DNA of 37,351 bases from Octopus bimaculoides. Taxonomy: Eukaryota. The position numbers and the translations under genes were made by a program. The notes under the pieces were generated by a model. The model was not told the origin of the DNA. It worked only from the letters and a program-made list of their open reading frames with translations, and did not search any database. Each line of letters begins with the position of its first letter. Position 1 is the first letter of the stretch. Below, piece after piece: positions 36,324 to 37,351 of the stretch. Where the stretch lies: positions 32,761,015 to 32,798,365 of the forward strand of contig NC_068982.1 of assembly GCF_001194135.2 (NCBI RefSeq), given 5' to 3'.

Positions 36324-36620
36324 TCGGGCCGAACAAAGCCTTGTGATGGATTTGGTAGACGGAAACTGAAAGAAGCTCGTTGTATATGTGTGTATGTTCG
36401 CGTGTGTATGAATATGTTTGTGTGTCTGTATCTGTCCCCCCACTATTGCTAGGCAACCGATGTTGGTGTGCTTACGTCCCCGTAACCTACGGGTTCTGCA
36501 AAAGAGACCGATAGAATAAGTACTAGGCTTACAAAGAATAAGTCCTGGGATCGATTTGTTCGACTAAAGGCGATGCTCTAGTATGGCTGCAGTCAAATGA
36601 CTGAAACAAAAAGAATAAAA

Positions 36621-36624
<4 letters not shown>
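36324..36624 (+). mobile_element. SINE family B, 5'-truncated
   Basis: AAAGCCTTGTGATGGATTTGGTAGACGGAAACTGAAAGAAGC...GCAGTCAAATGACTGAAACAAAAAGAATAAAAGAAT. Confidence 0.9.
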
Positions 36625-36669
<45 letters not shown>

Positions 36670-36790
36670 GGGGGGAGGGATAGAGAGACAGATACAGAGA
36701 CAGAGAGAAGTAGAGGCAGAGAGAGACACACAGAGAGAAACAGAGCGAGAACGAGAAAGATACATAAATAGATATAAAAATACATATATA
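36625..36790. repeat. (TA)n/(GA)n compound microsatellite
   Basis: Directly visible. Confidence 0.9.
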
Positions 36791-37317
36791 CATTCATACA
36801 AATATAATGTATTATAACACAGTTTTATAAAATACAGCGGTCATGGTATATAAAGCAACTCGCCATTTTCAAAATTTACTGCATTAACTTTATTTAAAAA
36901 GTATATGAGAATAGAAACCGTTACAGAAACCACTGCGATGTTCGAAACATTTCTCATTAATAGCCTGTTTCACCCTTCAGCTATCCAATACCCTCTTTTG
37001 TAAGTTAGGAAATGACTCACCATAGAAGTAGCAAACCCATTTTTAAACAAGATACCCTCAAAATATATACATTTCTTTGCCTGTATTCTCCATTAATAAG
37101 GGTCCTAATATTCATCTTTACCATGAACTAGATGAATGTAACAAATACTTCACATGCTATCATTTCTTTCTCCAAAGGAAATTAAGCCTCTTAACAAGTA
37201 TAGATTAAACAGACGAGCAAATTATTTTCTTCTTCCAGTTGTGTCATCATAGACAGTTTTACTTTCCTGCCTGATCGCCATTGAATAAGTCTATAAACCT
37301 TGTTTGTAAGCAAATGT

Positions 37318-37321
<4 letters not shown>

Positions 37322-37351
<30 letters not shown>
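37322..37351. repeat. (TG)n microsatellite
   Basis: Directly visible. Confidence 0.95.

Noticed and set aside
36990-37110. Minus-strand donor-like ATG/GTGAGT with a short open frame
   Set aside because: No convincing acceptor, stops close upstream and no recognisable protein; no host exon is supported here or elsewhere.

Overview
AT-rich, repeat-dominated, gene-free eukaryotic draft-assembly window; about 4.5 kb (12%) is N in 11 gaps. The tRNA-derived SINE families, dense TA/CA/GA microsatellites and TE mix point to an Octopus genome (recognised from memory, no database check). No host gene exon could be supported. Contents: one near full-length mariner with paired TIRs and TA target duplication (14638-15967), two further mariner relics, a Tigger/pogo relic, several Penelope-like element (PLE) fragments (RT and GIY-YIG parts), an R4/Dong-type LINE fragment next to a (TAA)n tract, a CR1/L2-group LINE relic and about 14 SINE copies or fragments in three families. 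The most interesting signal is RNA-structural. A complete type-I hammerhead ribozyme fold lies at 28321-28380 (+), a second canonical hammerhead is cut off by an assembly gap at 8481-8531 (-), and several degraded hammerhead motifs occur, one split by a SINE with a target-site duplication. Hammerheads in PLEs and retrozymes are an established class, so any novelty would lie in these copies or families, not in the class.
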